Assembly (NCBI GenBank): GCA_038087875.1
Contig: CM075996.1
Span: forward strand, 9,054,001 to 9,118,000
Direction of reading: 5' to 3'
DNA length: 64,000 bases
DNA from: Malacoraja senta
Taxonomy: Eukaryota
Position numbers and translations under genes: made by a program. The notes under the pieces were generated by a model. It was not told the DNA's origin. It searched no databases and was given only the letters and a program-made list of their open reading frames with translations. Below are positions 62,850-64,000 of the stretch, in pieces (the stretch's first letter is position 1; each line of letters opens with the position of its first letter).

Positions 62850-63106
62850 CTGAAACCAAACACACGCCAGAGCAGAGTTACTCATACCAACCCAGACATT
62901 AGATTTCATAACATTATTCACTTTTCAGGTCAGTCAGTTCGCTGAGGACTTGTATGAATTATTTGCAAACAATCTAAAAAAGTAGAATATTATTAATTTT
63001 TTAAAAATTGGAAGCTTGCTAGATGTAATTTCTGTGTGGAAGTTAACACCGAGAACCACATAAAAGAAAATAAACTTGACACTTGTTAGAGGTTTGGAAT
63101 TGTGGC

Positions 63107-63306
63107 NNNNNNNNNNNNNNNNNNNNNNNNNNNNNNNNNNNNNNNNNNNNNNNNNNNNNNNNNNNNNNNNNNNNNNNNNNNNNNNNNNNNNNNNNNNNNN
63201 NNNNNNNNNNNNNNNNNNNNNNNNNNNNNNNNNNNNNNNNNNNNNNNNNNNNNNNNNNNNNNNNNNNNNNNNNNNNNNNNNNNNNNNNNNNNNNNNNNNN
63301 NNNNNN
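63107..63306. other. Assembly gap (200 N) within the PDGF-B-like intron upstream of exon 3
   Basis: Run of N. Confidence 1.
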
Positions 63307-63900
63307 CTCCCAACACTCCAAAAGCACCCAGCTTTGTAAGTTGAAGAAGGAACTGCAGATGCTGGAAAATCGAAGGTAGACAGAAATGCTGGAGAAACTC
63401 AGCGGGTGCAGCAGCATCTATGGAGCGAAGGAAATAGGCAACGTTTCGGGTCGAGACCCTTCTTCAGATTTTTGTATGTTAATTGGCTTCTGTAAAATTG
63501 TAAATTGTCCCCAGTGTGTAGGATGGTGTCAGTGTGGAGCTGATCGCTGGGCGGTGTGGACTCGGTGTGGACTCAGTGGGCCGCACGGCTTGTTTCCAGG
63601 CTGTATCTCTAAAGTCTAAAGAAAGAGATTTGACCTCATCTCCATCTTAAATGGACAACCCTTGGTTTATTAAGCAGAGACCTCCTGTTCTGGATCCTTG
63701 CACAAGAGGAAACATCCCCACACTAGCCACCATGTTAAAGCCTTCCAGGTTCTTGCAAGTTCTTTGACGCTCCATTGATACATCACTAAACAGTCTCCTC
63801 AAGAGACAACCTGCCCATTCCAGGTTTACATCTGGGAAATCTTCTCCGTCATCCCTCCTCACATAAGGAGATCGTGTTGTACCCAGCCCTTTAGATGTGA

Positions 63901-64000
63901 CTAGACCAAGTGTGGACCCGTCTGCTCCCCAACGCAATATTCCGCCACTCACCCGTTCCCCCGACGCAAGATTCCACCACTCACGCATAGCCCCCAACTG
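63901..64000 (-). mobile_element. Possible Helitron 3' terminus
   Basis: The minus strand ends ...acgggtccacacttggtCTAG|T. The same terminus, cacttggtCTAG|T, occurs at 55304-55320. Confidence 0.4.

Noticed and set aside
63647..63997. Candidate PDGF-B exon 2
   Set aside because: No propeptide motif. The C-terminal part (GMFPLVQGSRTGG) is a decayed CR1.

Overview
Repeat-dense vertebrate genomic DNA. The repeat complement (HE1-like tRNA/V-SINEs, HER1/CR1 LINE 3' ends, very abundant Penelope-derived ends) points to a cartilaginous fish, probably a skate or ray (inference). The only host gene I can support is a minus-strand PDGF-B-like gene. It has four in-frame GT-AG coding exons (62760-62849, 58744-58937, 52752-52875, 51527-51642) encoding the end of the propeptide with an RVTR|S furin site, the 8-Cys PDGF/VEGF cystine knot and a basic KRKHRKFK retention tail. 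A probable non-coding last exon/3'UTR spans about 48120-49877. Exons 1-2 are not visible and lie beyond the window or in the N gap. The ~48 kb downstream is a mosaic of nested CR1, Penelope, RTE, Rex1, L1, pogo/Tigger, hAT, Harbinger and Helitron-like fragments, minisatellites and a 200-N gap; a second 200-N gap lies inside the gene. Most ORFs in the supplied track are TE fragments or low-complexity artefacts. I found no convincing wholly new protein-coding system. The best leads are: a 2.3 kb hAT-like element carrying a CpG-island/first-exon-like cargo (Pack-TE); many Penelope-borne minimal hammerhead-ribozyme cores and long hairpins; several TE families that look foreign to the host's main repertoire; and a PDGF-B with PDGF-A-like residues and a possible exon-skipped short isoform. 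Boundaries of degraded repeats are approximate.
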